DNA of 64,000 nt from Candidatus Hydrogenedentota bacterium. GTDB taxonomy: Bacteria > Hydrogenedentota > Hydrogenedentia > Hydrogenedentales > JAEUWI01. Location of the stretch: contig JAXMOL010000010.1 in NCBI GenBank assembly GCA_034669905.1, positions 64,001-128,000 on the forward strand. Reading direction: 5' to 3'. The position numbers and the translations under genes were made by a program. Numbering within the stretch: position 1 is the stretch's first letter; each line of letters opens with the position of its first letter. The notes under the pieces were generated by a model that was not told the origin of the DNA, did not search any database, and worked only from the letters and a program-made list of their open reading frames with translations. Below are positions 37,532-49,800 of this stretch, one piece after another.

Positions 37532-37708
37532 CTAAAACTGCTCGGGCCCGATGAAATCCTTCTGAAAACCCGGCGCTACATACCGAAGCACTTGCCCGAC
37601 TGCTCCATAGAGGGCGAGCAACGGCGTAATTAACAGCACCAGAAGGTTCAGCGACGCACCGTCTTCCTGCGCCCTGGCCGGTCGACTTAGTGGGCGAATA
37701 TGCATCAT
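37532..37708 (-). CDS. Small 58-aa protein with a basic leader and hydrophobic segment
   Basis: GGAAAGGTGG upstream of ATG; MMHIRPLSRPARAQEDGASLNLLVLLITPLLALYGAVGQVLRYVAPGFQKDFIGPEQF. Confidence 0.55.
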   Translation of the reverse strand: MMHIRPLSRPARAQEDGASLNLLVLLITPLLALYGAVGQVLRYVAPGFQKDFIGPEQF

Positions 37709-38030
37709 CCTGACCACCTTTCCATGCATGGCATTCCATTCAGTGTAAGGGGCAGGATTGGATTGCGCAAGGCCTGCCCCATCCCGTCCTCCACACCCCG
37801 ATTCCTTGCATCCCGTCTCCCGTTCTGCTTCAATGGGACCGGTGCGCACACGCAGTGCACCCCATTTCCGTCGTGGCCACGCCCCCCGGGGAACGGCTAC
37901 CTGGAACACGGGGAGGGGCACCGGGAATACCGGCAGTGTCTCGGGGCGCGACCTCCACGCGTAGTGTGTAGCGGCTTCGTGCCCGATCGATGGCACACGA
38001 CACCCTATCGCTCTGAAAGGAACAACAATA

Positions 38031-38921
38031 ATGAACCCATTCGGCCACTTTCTTCTCGCCCTGACCCTCGCCATCGGGTGCTCCGCGCCTGCCATGGCCG
38101 AAACATACACCCTGGGCCCCGATTCGCTGCCCCAGGAAGGGGTGCCGCAGGGTACCGTGACCGAACATACGATGAGCGACAGCACGGTCTATCCCGGCAC
38201 CACACGTCAATACTGGGTCTATGTGCCCGCGCAGTATGATGGCACCGAGCCGGCCTGCGTCATGGTCTTTCAGGACGGCGCTTCCTACGTATCGCTTGAA
38301 CGGGACTTCCGGACGCCAACGGTCTTCGACAATCTCATCCACCAGGGAGCCATGCCCGTCACCATCGGCATCTTCATCAATCCGGGCGAGTATCCTGCGG
38401 AAAAAGAGGGCGAAAAACCGAAACGCAACCGCAGTGTCGAATATGACACCCTGAGCGACCAATATGCCCGCTTCCTGCTGGAAGACGTCCTCCCGACCGT
38501 CGGCAAGGACTACCGGCTCACGGAAGATCCCGAAGGTCGCGCCATTTGCGGCATCAGCTCTGGCGGCATCTGTGCCTTTACCGTGGCCTGGGAGCGCCCG
38601 GACCAGTTCCGTAAGGTGCTTAGCCACGTGGGGAGCTTCACCAACATCCGGGGTGGTCATGTCTACCCCGCCCTCATCCGAAAGTCAGAGAAGCGGCCCA
38701 TGCGAATCTATCTTCAGGCAGGCGAAAACGACCTGGATAACGCCCACGGGAATTGGCCCCTGGGTAATATGCAGATGGACAAGGCACTCGCCTACGCCGA
38801 ATACGATCACAAATTTGTTATGGGCACCGAAGGGCACAATGCCAAACACGGTGGCGCGATTCTCCCCGATATGCTGCGGTGGCTGTGGCGGGACTACCCG
38901 GGCGTCACCGCCAAAGAATAG
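38031..38921 (+). CDS. Secreted enterochelin-esterase-like alpha/beta hydrolase
   Basis: Signal peptide; YWVYVP, VFQDG, NRSVEYD, GISSGG nucleophile elbow, GH. Confidence 0.88.
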   Translation: MNPFGHFLLALTLAIGCSAPAMAETYTLGPDSLPQEGVPQGTVTEHTMSDSTVYPGTTRQYWVYVPAQYDGTEPACVMVFQDGASYVSLERDFRTPTVFDNLIHQGAMPVTIGIFINPGEYPAEKEGEKPKRNRSVEYDTLSDQYARFLLEDVLPTVGKDYRLTEDPEGRAICGISSGGICAFTVAWERPDQFRKVLSHVGSFTNIRGGHVYPALIRKSEKRPMRIYLQAGENDLDNAHGNWPLGNMQMDKALAYAEYDHKFVMGTEGHNAKHGGAILPDMLRWLWRDYPGVTAKE

Positions 38922-39033
38922 CCTTGAGTCTGCGAGCATTCGAAGCGCCCAGAGAGCGATCCGACATCGTTTACAGCCGGGCTGAGATCAGATACTATGG
39001 GAAGGCCTTACCAGATTTAAGGCTTTCGGGCAC

Positions 39034-41703
39034 ATGGAGTACAACCACCGCGCCTGGTATGCGGCGAGTGTATTCCTGGATTGTGAGATTAGGACGCTGT
39101 CTTCCACGCACAAAACATATTATCTGGGAACGGCCCTCCTGCTGCTGGTCTTGCTGACGATCCTTTTCGATCAAATTATTCGAAACTTCGTCATCCTGCC
39201 ACAGTTCAGCGAGTTGGAACGCCAGAAAGCCGATACCAACGTCCTGCGATGCGCCGACGCCATCTACCGGGAAGCCGCCCATGTGTTTGATACGGTCGGG
39301 AGCTGGGCGCTCTGGGATGATATCTATCTCTATGTCGAAGACCACAATGAAGAATTCGAGAAGGTCAATCTTGTCTGGGATTCTCTGCAGTCTTTCGGGC
39401 TGGACATGATTTACATCTGCGACCTCGAAGGACAGGTAATCTGGGGCGAAACCTATCTGCCCCATGAGGCAACGACCGGGCACGCCCTGCCCTTCAACGG
39501 TACACAACTCGATTTCAGTGCCCTGCCTTTCAGCATATTCTCCAATGAAGATAGCTACGGATTGCTCGAAACCGACCAGGGCCTTGCGCTGGTAGGAGCC
39601 CGGGGCATACGCAATAGTGATGGCACCGCCCCGCGACGGGGTGTGTTAATTATGGGGCGCTTCCTCACTCCGGAACTCATCACAGCTATCTCCGACCGCG
39701 TCCACGTTCCCTTTGAGCTCATCCCCCTTTCGGCCAAAGCCAGTGAACTGCCTGACGTCGCGCTTTACAGTACCCTCGAGTCCCAGGATTCGATGGTTTC
39801 GGCACCTTCCAGGACCCAATGGAACGCCTACACCCTTCTTCGAGACCTGAATAAAGCACCCCTGATAATCGTAAAGGCGACGGGGGAACGGGATGTCATG
39901 GCCCTCGGAAGAAAAGCCGCAGCATTGGTATCTCTCCTCGTTTTCCTCTTAAGCGCCGTACTGATTGCTACGGCACTACTCCTCTTACGCCGTAGCGCAC
40001 GCTATTCTGCCCGGGTGGAACGTCAGGTCGCCGAGCGTACGGAAGAACTGGCCGAAACCAACCTCCACCTGGAAAGCGCTTTCCACGTCGCCCAGGAATC
40101 CGCCCGCGAAGCCGAACGGGCGAATGCGGCAAAAAGCCTCTTCCTCGCCAACATGAGCCATGAAATCCGCACCCCGATGAATGGGGTAATCGGTATGACC
40201 GGCTTGCTCCTCGACACCGAACTCACCGAGACACAACGTCACTACGCCGAGACGGTGCGCGATTCTGCGGACGCACTGCTGGGCATCATCAATGACATCC
40301 TCGATTTCTCCAAAATTGAGGCGGGACACCTCGACTTTGAGTCCATTACCTTTGACCTCGGCCACGTCGTTACCCGCGCAACCGATGTCGTGGCAGAGAA
40401 AGCCCGGGAAAAGGGATTGACGCTGGTCATCGACGGTACACAGGAGCCCCTCCCCCCGCTCGTGGGGGACCCGGGAAGACTCCGGCAGATTATCGTCAAC
40501 CTGCTCAATAACGCGATAAAGTTTACCCGGGACGGGGAGGTTCGGGTCCAGTTCCGCAAAGTCGGGGAGACCGCAGACAAACTGGAGCTACTGATCGAGA
40601 TCAGGGACACCGGAATCGGGATTCCCGACACCGCCTTATCCCAGCTGTTCCAATCTTTCTCCCAGGTCGATGCCTCCACCACCCGTCGCTTTGGAGGCAC
40701 CGGGCTGGGCCTGGCCATTTCGAAACAGTTGGTTGAGATGATGAGCGGTCAAATCGGTGTTGAAAGCGAAGAAGGCAAGGGAAGCCGTTTCTACTTCACC
40801 ATCCTGCTACCCAAGAGCACGGACCCCGCCCCCCCATCCACGTCGACCCCGCTGCGGCTTTCTGAGAAGCGTCTTATTGTAGTCTCGGACAAGGAACCAG
40901 CCACCCACGACATCTGCCAGCACCTCGCCCACTGGGATTGCCCCTACGAATGGGCCCGCGGCGAAGCGGACAGCGCGGGACTTATCCAACAACACCTGCA
41001 GCGAAATACGCCCTTTGACCTGGTGCTCTTCGATCTTGAAACGACGCCGGATGAAGCACTTCGCATTGGCCGCAAACTCATGGCAATTCCGCCACCCGCC
41101 AAACTGCCCATGGTCATGCTCGGACCAGTCGAGGGGCAGGGGGCTATCGAAGAAGCGCGCGCGGCTGGATTCTCGGCCTACCTGGCCACGCCAATCGGAC
41201 CGGAAATGCTCAGGGACTGCCTCGGGCAGATCCTGGAAGAGCCAGACTCCGCTAACTTTTTCACCAGCGACCCGACGTGCGAGACCAAGACTCCACTGCC
41301 GCCCCGTGAGCCTCAGAGCACGCGGCGCATCCTCCTGGCAGAGGATAACAAGGTTAATCAGCAGGTGGCGCTTCACCTCATCAAACGCCTGGGATACCAG
41401 GCAAAAGCCGTCGACAACGGCCGCGATGCGGTGACCGCAATCCAGGAACAGGACTTTGACCTGGTGCTGATGGATTGCCAGATGCCCCAACTGGATGGTT
41501 TCGGGGCAACCCGGGAAATTCGCCGCATGCCTTCGCCCCAGTGCGATGTGCCCATTATTGCCCTGACCGCAGGGGCCATGGAGGGCGATCGGGAGCAGTG
41601 CCTGGCAGCGGGTATGGACGACTACATCTCAAAGCCGATCGACCATCGTGTGCTCGGTGAAGCGCTCAAGCGCTGGCTCCACGACAACCCGCGAGGCCGC
41701 TAA
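39034..41703 (+). CDS. Hybrid histidine kinase (CHASE4-like sensor, HisKA, HATPase, two receiver domains)
   Basis: [37 protein letters not shown]. The first receiver lacks the conserved Lys (YLATP); the second is canonical. Start uncertain. Confidence 0.92.
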   Translation: MEYNHRAWYAASVFLDCEIRTLSSTHKTYYLGTALLLLVLLTILFDQIIRNFVILPQFSELERQKADTNVLRCADAIYREAAHVFDTVGSWALWDDIYLYVEDHNEEFEKVNLVWDSLQSFGLDMIYICDLEGQVIWGETYLPHEATTGHALPFNGTQLDFSALPFSIFSNEDSYGLLETDQGLALVGARGIRNSDGTAPRRGVLIMGRFLTPELITAISDRVHVPFELIPLSAKASELPDVALYSTLESQDSMVSAPSRTQWNAYTLLRDLNKAPLIIVKATGERDVMALGRKAAALVSLLVFLLSAVLIATALLLLRRSARYSARVERQVAERTEELAETNLHLESAFHVAQESAREAERANAAKSLFLANMSHEIRTPMNGVIGMTGLLLDTELTETQRHYAETVRDSADALLGIINDILDFSKIEAGHLDFESITFDLGHVVTRATDVVAEKAREKGLTLVIDGTQEPLPPLVGDPGRLRQIIVNLLNNAIKFTRDGEVRVQFRKVGETADKLELLIEIRDTGIGIPDTALSQLFQSFSQVDASTTRRFGGTGLGLAISKQLVEMMSGQIGVESEEGKGSRFYFTILLPKSTDPAPPSTSTPLRLSEKRLIVVSDKEPATHDICQHLAHWDCPYEWARGEADSAGLIQQHLQRNTPFDLVLFDLETTPDEALRIGRKLMAIPPPAKLPMVMLGPVEGQGAIEEARAAGFSAYLATPIGPEMLRDCLGQILEEPDSANFFTSDPTCETKTPLPPREPQSTRRILLAEDNKVNQQVALHLIKRLGYQAKAVDNGRDAVTAIQEQDFDLVLMDCQMPQLDGFGATREIRRMPSPQCDVPIIALTAGAMEGDREQCLAAGMDDYISKPIDHRVLGEALKRWLHDNPRGR

Positions 41704-43181
41704 TCCCGTGCGGAGCCTTCGCGGCTTTCTGGTTCCCCATCACCCCGCCACCTGTGCAGACCGTGCTGCAGGGCCATGCCCAGCAGCACGATGGACAGCC
41801 CGTCCGTCGTGAAACGATAACGGGCCGTTTCCAGGTAGTCGAAGGTACACCCCAGCGCCGCCACCATGAAAATGGTGAATCCCATGAACAACAGGACCCC
41901 ACGCTGGGCCCCGGTCAGCCCAAAGTGCCCCGGGCGTAGCGCGCGATACACGCCATAGAGCAATACCAGGGGCAGCCCGAGCAACAGAAACAGATAGGGC
42001 GGTGTCCCGGTCATCTCGATAAGGCGACTGTGTTTCGAAAGGTCCACCGGCACCTTCCCGTAGAGCACATGATCATAGAAGGCAATCAGCGGCGTGATGT
42101 GCTGTTGATTCTCCGGTGAAATGGGCAGGGCACTGCTCGACTTGAAGTAGCGATACCACGATTGCACCGTCGAAATCAGGAAATGCTTCGGCTGATGCAG
42201 CAATACATACTTCGCATCGGCACCGTACTCATTACAATTCTCGATGAACCCATAGTGGTTGTAGTTCACCGCATCGTTCGTCTTGTGCGTGCGCGAAAGG
42301 GCCCGCACCTTCTTAAACCGCTCCGGCACCACCTTGTACTTAAAATCGTAGGCATCTAAGGACGCCCAGCGGTTGACGAGGGACAGCTCGGAAATCTTCC
42401 CCTCCTCCACCAGCTTGTTTTTTTCATCCCACGGCATGTTCCCCGCCGTCATGATCCAGAGGTTCTTCTCCGTGAAGCTGCACACATTGAATTCACCAAA
42501 GAGCACATAATTCTTGAAATAGAATCCGAAGAGCACCAGAAAGGGCACGAGGGCCACCGTAACAATCTGGCGACGATAGCCCTTTCCCAGCCCCACCAGC
42601 ACCCCGAAAAGAAGGATGTAATAGCCGAGGTGAAACATACTCCGCATGCCGCAAAGCAAAAATATCGCCAGGAAGAATCCCGCCAGGGGCAAGACACGGC
42701 GGCTTTCCAGATAGCCCAGCAGACACACCGCCGCCACGCTCAGCAAGGCCGCGATGGGCATGGTGTACATGAGGAACTGTTCCCACAGGATAAACGAGGG
42801 GCTCGCCATAAACACCGTGCTCAGTACCGCCGCCAAACGCCGCCCCACCCCAAGCCGCACCTGCAAGACGAAGGTATTGAGATAGAGACAAAGCCCACAG
42901 GCCACGTAAAGGGCGTAAAAGAGCCAGGGACTCTCCGGCGTCACCTTGAGCACCAGGCCCACGAAAAGATTAAAGAGGGGCGGCTGAATATGAAGGTACC
43001 ACACACTCTCCAACAGCCGCGTCTTAAGCAAGACGGGATCGAGAAAATGCATGACCTCGATCAGGGTCCGGTCATTAAAGCGCACCCCCACCAGATAATA
43101 GAGGCCGTGGACAACAAAAAAGCACGCAGTGAGGCCAATAAGCCAGCGGCTGAGAGATGATTTTGAGGTGGTGTTCTGCAT
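41700..43181 (-). CDS. Polytopic membrane protein, possibly GT-C glycosyltransferase-like
   Basis: Many TM segments, QPPLFN, a large soluble loop and a C-terminal RYR. Function tentative. Confidence 0.55.
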   Translation of the reverse strand: MQNTTSKSSLSRWLIGLTACFFVVHGLYYLVGVRFNDRTLIEVMHFLDPVLLKTRLLESVWYLHIQPPLFNLFVGLVLKVTPESPWLFYALYVACGLCLYLNTFVLQVRLGVGRRLAAVLSTVFMASPSFILWEQFLMYTMPIAALLSVAAVCLLGYLESRRVLPLAGFFLAIFLLCGMRSMFHLGYYILLFGVLVGLGKGYRRQIVTVALVPFLVLFGFYFKNYVLFGEFNVCSFTEKNLWIMTAGNMPWDEKNKLVEEGKISELSLVNRWASLDAYDFKYKVVPERFKKVRALSRTHKTNDAVNYNHYGFIENCNEYGADAKYVLLHQPKHFLISTVQSWYRYFKSSSALPISPENQQHITPLIAFYDHVLYGKVPVDLSKHSRLIEMTGTPPYLFLLLGLPLVLLYGVYRALRPGHFGLTGAQRGVLLFMGFTIFMVAALGCTFDYLETARYRFTTDGLSIVLLGMALQHGLHRWRGDGEPESREGSARD

Positions 43182-43499
43182 AGCAAGGAGTTTCGCAGAA
43201 CCGGGCAAGCCATGCAACTATGGGCCTTCCGTCTTTAGAGAATAGCCCAACGCTCGACCAACGCCATACGCCATCTATGCCATCAAGGAACGAAGAGCGC
43301 AACGAGTGGATAGGAAATCAATTCGCCCAATATCACAAAGCATCGACTCAGCCACCCGGGACGAAGGCAATGCGGCCTGAGACAAGTACACCCAGGTCGT
43401 TCAACAGGCCACCATTTTCCGTGGACTTCCGTGCTTTCCGTGGTAGACCATCCTGAAATCTGGAATCATTCGCGTCCGCCACCGAACGCCCCCCGCCAC

Positions 43500-46400
43500 C
43501 TATCCCAACACCGTCCGCGCTTCCTCCAACACCGCATCGATCCGCTCCGCCGTGAAGGTCACCTCCACCGTCTCCTGGGCATCCACATAGACCAACACTC
43601 CCCGCTGGGGTGTCTTGCCCGTGAGTGCCCGGAGCGCCGCGCCGTAGAGCAGCAACTGCTTCTCATAACGGGCGGCCCCTTGCGGCTTCAGCTTACCCGT
43701 TTTGTAGTCCACCAGGGTGCCGTCCGCCAACACGAGGTCGATGGTGCCGTTGACGATGGTGTCGCCGATTCGCAGGCTGAAGGGCGCTTCCCGCTGGAGG
43801 CCGGTTTCCGTTGCCAGCCGCCCACCCAACTCGGAGGCCTGAAACCATTCGGCGATGGCGCGCAAGTCGGTGTTCAGCTCCTCCCGCGCCCCCAAGCCCA
43901 GACGCCCATCGCGGATGAGCCGGGAGATATCGGGCAAGTCCTCGCCCGCAAAATCCCACACCTCAAACATGCGGTGGACCAAGGTCCCCCGGTCCATGGC
44001 GAAACTACTGTCCCGCTCTACCCGGGGCTGGTCTTCGTCGGGCCGCTCGTCTCCGGCTCCTTCGTCGGTGCACAAAAACGTCAAGAGCCGCGACACGGAA
44101 ATGGTCGGTGACGACGCCTCGGGAAGCTCCACGGGAGCGATACGACGGCGCACCGAGTCTATATCGCTGTCCGATTCCCCAAGGCGTTTGGGTGCCGCAC
44201 CCCGCACTTCGGGTAGATTTCGGATGAGTTCCGCCTGCCAGTTTGCGCCGTCAAAAAGATGCCCATGGACCCCGGCGTCGAAGCCGTGAATTCCTTCAAA
44301 GGCGTGGAACCAGGAGCCCAGCGGCGCGTTCGCTTTACCGCACAGATAGAGCATGTCGCGCGCGCGGGTCAGGGCCACATAGAGCACACGGGCAGACTCG
44401 GCCCCCTCTTCTTCCTTGATGCGACGCTTGATGAGCGTGCCCAGGGGCGTATCCATCCGATTCCCGTCATCCCCCGACAGGCGCAGGGACATCCCCAGTT
44501 GACGGTGAAGCTGAAGGGTATGCTCCTTCGATCCTTTGCTCGGTTGCGCCATATCGGGCAGGAAGACCACGGGAAACTCGAGGCCTTTCGACTTGTGAAT
44601 CGTCATGAGGGTCACCGAGCCGGCACCGTCGGGCTGGAGTCCCGCTTCCCCCTCTCGAATCTGGTAGGTGTGTACTTCATCCAGGTAATTGACAAACTGA
44701 CGCAACGACAGCGCGCCACGGCGGGCCTGCTCCCGCGCGAGGTTGGCGAGCTTCCGCACGTTGGACGCCTTCTGCAAGCCCAGGAACTGGCTCAACAGGA
44801 TGGCTTCCAATCCCGTAATGTCCAGCAGGTGATCCACCAACTCGGGCAGGGGGCCGGCCAGGCGGGCACGGAGCGCTTCATACACGTCGCGCGCCCGGGC
44901 CAACCGCTCGGGGTAATCCAGGCCCGTGGGTAGGGAATCCCCCAGGGCCATTTCCGTCAACGTGCCCTGACGACACAGTCGGACGAGGTCATCGTCGGAC
45001 AGGGCCACCACGGGTCCGCGCAGGTAGGCCAGCAGGGCCATTTCGTCCCAGGGGTCTGCCAGGACCTTGAGGATATTGATAACGTCGACGACTTCCTGCC
45101 GCTCGTAAAAGCCCGCACCCGCCACGACGGTATAGGGGATACCCGCCTTCCGCAAAGCTTCCTCGTAAAGACCCACATTGCTCGTCGAACGAAAGAGGAG
45201 GGCCACATCGCCATAGTCCGGCCGACGCATTTCGCCCGTGTGTTCATCGCACACCGTGGCGTCACTCTCCGGCGCACACAAGGCCGCGATCTGGGCGGCA
45301 ATCTGGGCGGCTTCCCGCTGCCGATAGGCGTAGACGGGCCATTTCTTGGGGTTTTCCCCTTCCGGCGGGTCACTCAGGATGAAGCCCACCCGTGCTCCGC
45401 CCAGGCGTTCCCGGCCGATTTGCATGGGCTGATACTGCTCTACCGCGCACAACAGGTTGGACTGCTGGAAAAAGTCATTGACGAAACCCAGCACGTCGGG
45501 CAAGGATCGGAAATTGCTATCCAGACGCACCAACTCTTCCGACGCCGCGCGCTCGTTCTGAAAAATCTCGACTTCCGCGCCCCGGAAATAATAGATGGAT
45601 TGCTTCGGGTCCCCCACGATAAACAACGCAGGTCCCTCCGCTTCGTCATGGAGTAATCGGGCAATCTCCAACTGCTGCCCGTCCGTATCCTGAAACTCAT
45701 CCAGCAGGAGGAACTTGATGCCTTTGGCGGTCTGTTGCCTGATGGTATCTTTTTCACGCAACACCTTGAGGGCCAGGAGCACGAGATCGTCGAAGTCCAA
45801 CAGACTCGCGGCCTCTTTACCTTGCTCATAGGCACTGTTGATGTGGCTGTCGAGTTGGAGTAAGTCACTGGTCAGTTGGGCAGATTCCGCCACCGCCCCC
45901 TCCGCACCGCCCGACAGGACGCCATCGAGGAGGGCGTCTTTGGCAAACTCGGTCACCTTCTTCTGCAGCGCCGCCAAATCATCGTAAATTTCGGGCGACG
46001 GCCACAGTTTCTTTTTCCCGTTTCCGAAGGGATTCTTCAGAAAGCCCCGAAGCGCCACTTCGGCCTCTTCCGCCGTCATGCCCGCTTGCATATCTTCAAA
46101 GGCCACCACCATGGCATGACGCCAGGCTTCCCTTCCTTCATCGGGATCATCACACAGGCCTTCATACGTCTTCAGGGCCTGCAGTAAGGTATTCACCCGG
46201 GCGTTTCGTCCCAACTCGTTCAAGTAGCGAGACTGCTCGGCCGCCACCTGGGCCTGCCAGGTGGCCTCCACCGCATCGGGCGTATCCATGCCGCCCCGAC
46301 GTCGAATCCGGTCAACGACGCCACGGTTAAGCAAGAGGGATTTGCAGAGTCCCTGCAGTTCGCCCAGGGTGTGGGCCGAGGCCAACCGCACCATGGCCGG

Positions 46401-46850
46401 GTCGTTTTTCTCCAGCATCCGAATCATGACCGACTCGACGGCTTCCTGCAGCATGAGGGCATTTTCCGCATCCGAAAGGAGGCCAAAGTCGGGGTCAAGC
46501 CCGAGAAAGAGGGCATTCTCCCGAAGGAGCCGGGCGCAAAAAGCGTGGATGGTCGTGATGTGGGCCGTGTCCACCCGCCGCTCCCAATCGCGCCATACGC
46601 TGAACGCCGCAGGGTCATCGTGGGGGGCCATCTGGCGGAAGGCTTTCCGCAGGCGCTCTTTCATTTCCAGCGCTGCCTTCTCCGTAAAGGTGATGGCCAC
46701 GATCTCTTCCAAGCGCGCCTGGCCCGTCTTCAAGAGATAGACAATGCGGTCCACCAGGACCCGGGTTTTACCCGAACCGGCACCGGCATCCACACAAAGA
46801 TAACGTGCCTGCGATTCAATCGCCTGTTGCTGCTGTGGGGTGTACTTCAT
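43500..46850 (-). CDS. addA: AddA-type helicase/nuclease
   Basis: AGAGSGKT, ITFT, DEFQDT, VGDPKQSIY, TIHKSKGLEF, YVALTRA; nuclease GTIDL and DYKTG. Confidence 0.9.
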   Translation of the reverse strand: MKYTPQQQQAIESQARYLCVDAGAGSGKTRVLVDRIVYLLKTGQARLEEIVAITFTEKAALEMKERLRKAFRQMAPHDDPAAFSVWRDWERRVDTAHITTIHAFCARLLRENALFLGLDPDFGLLSDAENALMLQEAVESVMIRMLEKNDPAMVRLASAHTLGELQGLCKSLLLNRGVVDRIRRRGGMDTPDAVEATWQAQVAAEQSRYLNELGRNARVNTLLQALKTYEGLCDDPDEGREAWRHAMVVAFEDMQAGMTAEEAEVALRGFLKNPFGNGKKKLWPSPEIYDDLAALQKKVTEFAKDALLDGVLSGGAEGAVAESAQLTSDLLQLDSHINSAYEQGKEAASLLDFDDLVLLALKVLREKDTIRQQTAKGIKFLLLDEFQDTDGQQLEIARLLHDEAEGPALFIVGDPKQSIYYFRGAEVEIFQNERAASEELVRLDSNFRSLPDVLGFVNDFFQQSNLLCAVEQYQPMQIGRERLGGARVGFILSDPPEGENPKKWPVYAYRQREAAQIAAQIAALCAPESDATVCDEHTGEMRRPDYGDVALLFRSTSNVGLYEEALRKAGIPYTVVAGAGFYERQEVVDVINILKVLADPWDEMALLAYLRGPVVALSDDDLVRLCRQGTLTEMALGDSLPTGLDYPERLARARDVYEALRARLAGPLPELVDHLLDITGLEAILLSQFLGLQKASNVRKLANLAREQARRGALSLRQFVNYLDEVHTYQIREGEAGLQPDGAGSVTLMTIHKSKGLEFPVVFLPDMAQPSKGSKEHTLQLHRQLGMSLRLSGDDGNRMDTPLGTLIKRRIKEEEGAESARVLYVALTRARDMLYLCGKANAPLGSWFHAFEGIHGFDAGVHGHLFDGANWQAELIRNLPEVRGAAPKRLGESDSDIDSVRRRIAPVELPEASSPTISVSRLLTFLCTDEGAGDERPDEDQPRVERDSSFAMDRGTLVHRMFEVWDFAGEDLPDISRLIRDGRLGLGAREELNTDLRAIAEWFQASELGGRLATETGLQREAPFSLRIGDTIVNGTIDLVLADGTLVDYKTGKLKPQGAARYEKQLLLYGAALRALTGKTPQRGVLVYVDAQETVEVTFTAERIDAVLEEARTVLG

Positions 46851-49800
46851 GCCCCTTCCTCCCCGTCCGTTTCCGGAAGGCCCAGTTTTCGGGCGATCCG
46901 GGCATCTTCATGGCGGCAGGCCCGCACCTGGCCACAGCCAAAGCAGGTCTTACCCCCCCGTTCCGGCGGGAAATAACCCCGCCGTATACCGGCCACAGCC
47001 CGCGCGATGGCCTCGTGCATATTGCCGACGCGGTCAGGCCATTTGCCTTTCCCTGCCAGGCCCAGGGCTTCCCGGCGCTCCCTTTTGCCCACGGCAAGAT
47101 AGCGGGCTTCCACGCATTCCGTATCGGGCAGCACATGACGCTCCACGGCCTCGGCATAGACCGAAAGCTGAATCGACTGGCCGCCCGTTATCTCGCCCGC
47201 CGCGGGCACACTGCCCGACTTATAATCAATCAGCCGAACCCGGTCCCCATCCCGGTCAATGCGGTCAATTCTTCCAGTGAAACGCACGGGCCCCGCGCTA
47301 CCCGTCATGACGAAGGGCGCAACCGTCGACGGGGCATCCCCCTCCGCCGAAGCGCTCCGACCGAAGGCCACTTCGAACCAGGTCGGTTTCCAGGGCTGCT
47401 CCTCTTCCTGGGTGTGCTCCACACGGAGATAGCGTTGCAAACGCCGGAGGAGGTGCAGCTTCTCGGCCAACACCGCACCGCGTGGTGCGGCACATTCGTT
47501 CCAGTCATAGGCATCGAAGGCTGCCTCCACCAACTCGGCCATGCTTTCATCGGCCTTGCCCAGGCCGATGTCCCGGATGTGTAATCCCGCAAACTGTTGG
47601 TGGAAGGCCTCCAGCACATCGTGGAGCAGGCTCCCCCGAATCAGGGCCCCTACGGTACTATCGGGCGCGCCCCCCTCTTCGAGGTGGAGCACCCGATTTA
47701 CGTAAAAGTTAAAGGGACAGGACAGCCAGGTCTCCAGCTGGTTCACGCTGAACTCGTGGGACTCCCCATAGGCGGAGGCAATGCTCTCGACCAGGTCGGG
47801 ATCGGTCAGGACCCCATCAAAGGGTCCAAAGGGTTCATCTGACTGGCGGGATGATTCCACGGACGCACCGACCACGCCCGGCGCGCACAACTCGGAGAAG
47901 GCCTCGACCAATTCCGGCGCACTGTAAAGGGCCCGATTCATCACGTCCCGTTGGCAGGCCAATACGTCGGGCTCGGGCAGAAAACTATCCGCCTTGGGGT
48001 AAGGTTCCACCACCCCCAGAGACGGGGGAAACAGTTCGCGTACGTCAGTCAAGAAAGGGCTCGGGCTCGCTTCGCGGCCGGAGTCCTGCACCAGCTGCCA
48101 GGAGAGAAAGAGGCTTTCGTCGGCACTTTCCAGCACGTGGCCGAAGAGCATACGCTGGCGGGCATGGTGTTCCTGGTTGCTTTCAATCGGAATATGGGCC
48201 TCGTTCAGGCGCTCCCGATCCCGCTCTGGATAAACGGCGTTTCCTGCGGGCGGTGCCGGGGCCTGGCCCTCGTTCAGTCCCCCCACATAGACATGGGCGA
48301 ATCGCTCGTTACGCACCTGGCTGGCATCCAGACAGGCCACGCCCCCCGCCGCACCCGGCAGGCTGAAGGACAACTCGTCCAGCCCCTGGTTAAAGCGCGT
48401 CAGAAACTCGTCCCGTCCCATCGCCACCACATCACTGCCCGGCGCGTCGGCAAGCAATTCCAGGAGACTCCGTATACCCTCCCGCGCCGGGGGATCTTCT
48501 TCTTCCAGGTAGGCGTTGCGCTCCGCTGGCGCCAGTTTTTTCAGCAGACCATCCAATTTCACGGCATAGTCGTATTGGGTGGCCTCCTCAGGAAGTTCCT
48601 GCTGGATTGCAGACAGCGCCGCGATAGCCGAAAGCAGCCCATCCAACTCCGCCACGGCCTCCGGGTGCCGTTTCAGCAGGGCACGGGCATCCTCCCGTTC
48701 ACCCCGCTCCACCTGCTTCTTGAGCCGTTCCAGCCGGTAGGCCCAATCTTTATACCCCTTGAGAATCTGGGCACGCTGGGCATAATAGGCCGCCGCTTCG
48801 GGCACGGGACCAATCACCGAAGCAAGATAGGGCCCCTGCAACGGTTCCAGAATTCCTTCGCGCTCCCAATCAGTCGTCGAAAAGAGATTCAGCAAGGTGC
48901 GGCCCAATCGACTTTCCGAGAGGGTACGCTGGGTCGCCAATTGGCACGGAATCCCAAAGGAGGAAAAGACGGAGCGCAGGGTGTCCGCCACCCGCGTCAT
49001 GTTCCAATAGACCACGGCAATGTCCGTCGGCGACACCCCCTCATCGACGATGCGCTTCTTGACCCGACGGGCGATGCTCTCCACTTCATGGACCCCATCA
49101 CTACAGGGCACAATCGTCAGGTTGGCTCTCAGGTTCTCCGGCACGACCGGTTCTTCGCGCCAGAAAATGCGCTGGGCCGCGAAGTCCGACCACGATGCCA
49201 TCGCAGGCGCTTCACATTCCACGACCTGGCAATCAAAGTGCTCCTGCAACTGACGGAGCGTATGGAGGGTGAGGGTATAGCGGTCCTGCCGATCGGGCGC
49301 CAACTCCACGTTCAACCCAATCTCCATCCGCTCCACCTGATCGGACAAGGAGTGGAGCAAACGAAATTCCGAGGGCGTGAAGTCGTCAAAGCCATCCAGC
49401 AAGAGGGTATCAATCCCCTCCAACACCTTCGGGCACCCCTGCCCCGCGAAATAGTCGGCATGCCAATAGAGCCCGGGCACGTCGTACAATCCCGCCTCTT
49501 GCATGGCCTCCTGGTACAGGGCATAGACGGCCGCCACGCCCTCATCCAACGAGGCCGTGTACTCGGCCTGTTCCAGCCGCGTGGCAAACACATCGGGCTC
49601 GATGGCCGCCTGCTTGAGGTCGTTCACCACTGAGACCAGGTGACGAATCAGGCCCGGTGTCTGGCGAATGCGCACGAGCGAGGTTTCGGGCAGTTCCACC
49701 GCCACTTCCCGGAGGCAATGCTCCATCAAGAGACGCTGCTGAAAGCCCGACTCGAAATTGGTGACCACAACCCCTTCGCGCGATACCAGGTCTTGGGCGA

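Noticed and set aside
37709..38185. 217-aa extended version of the 37532 ORF
   Set aside because: The extension overlaps the divergent esterase gene and its upstream region; only the last 58 codons have an RBS and protein-like composition.
47951..49633. 560-aa plus-strand ORF
   Set aside because: Antisense shadow of addB.
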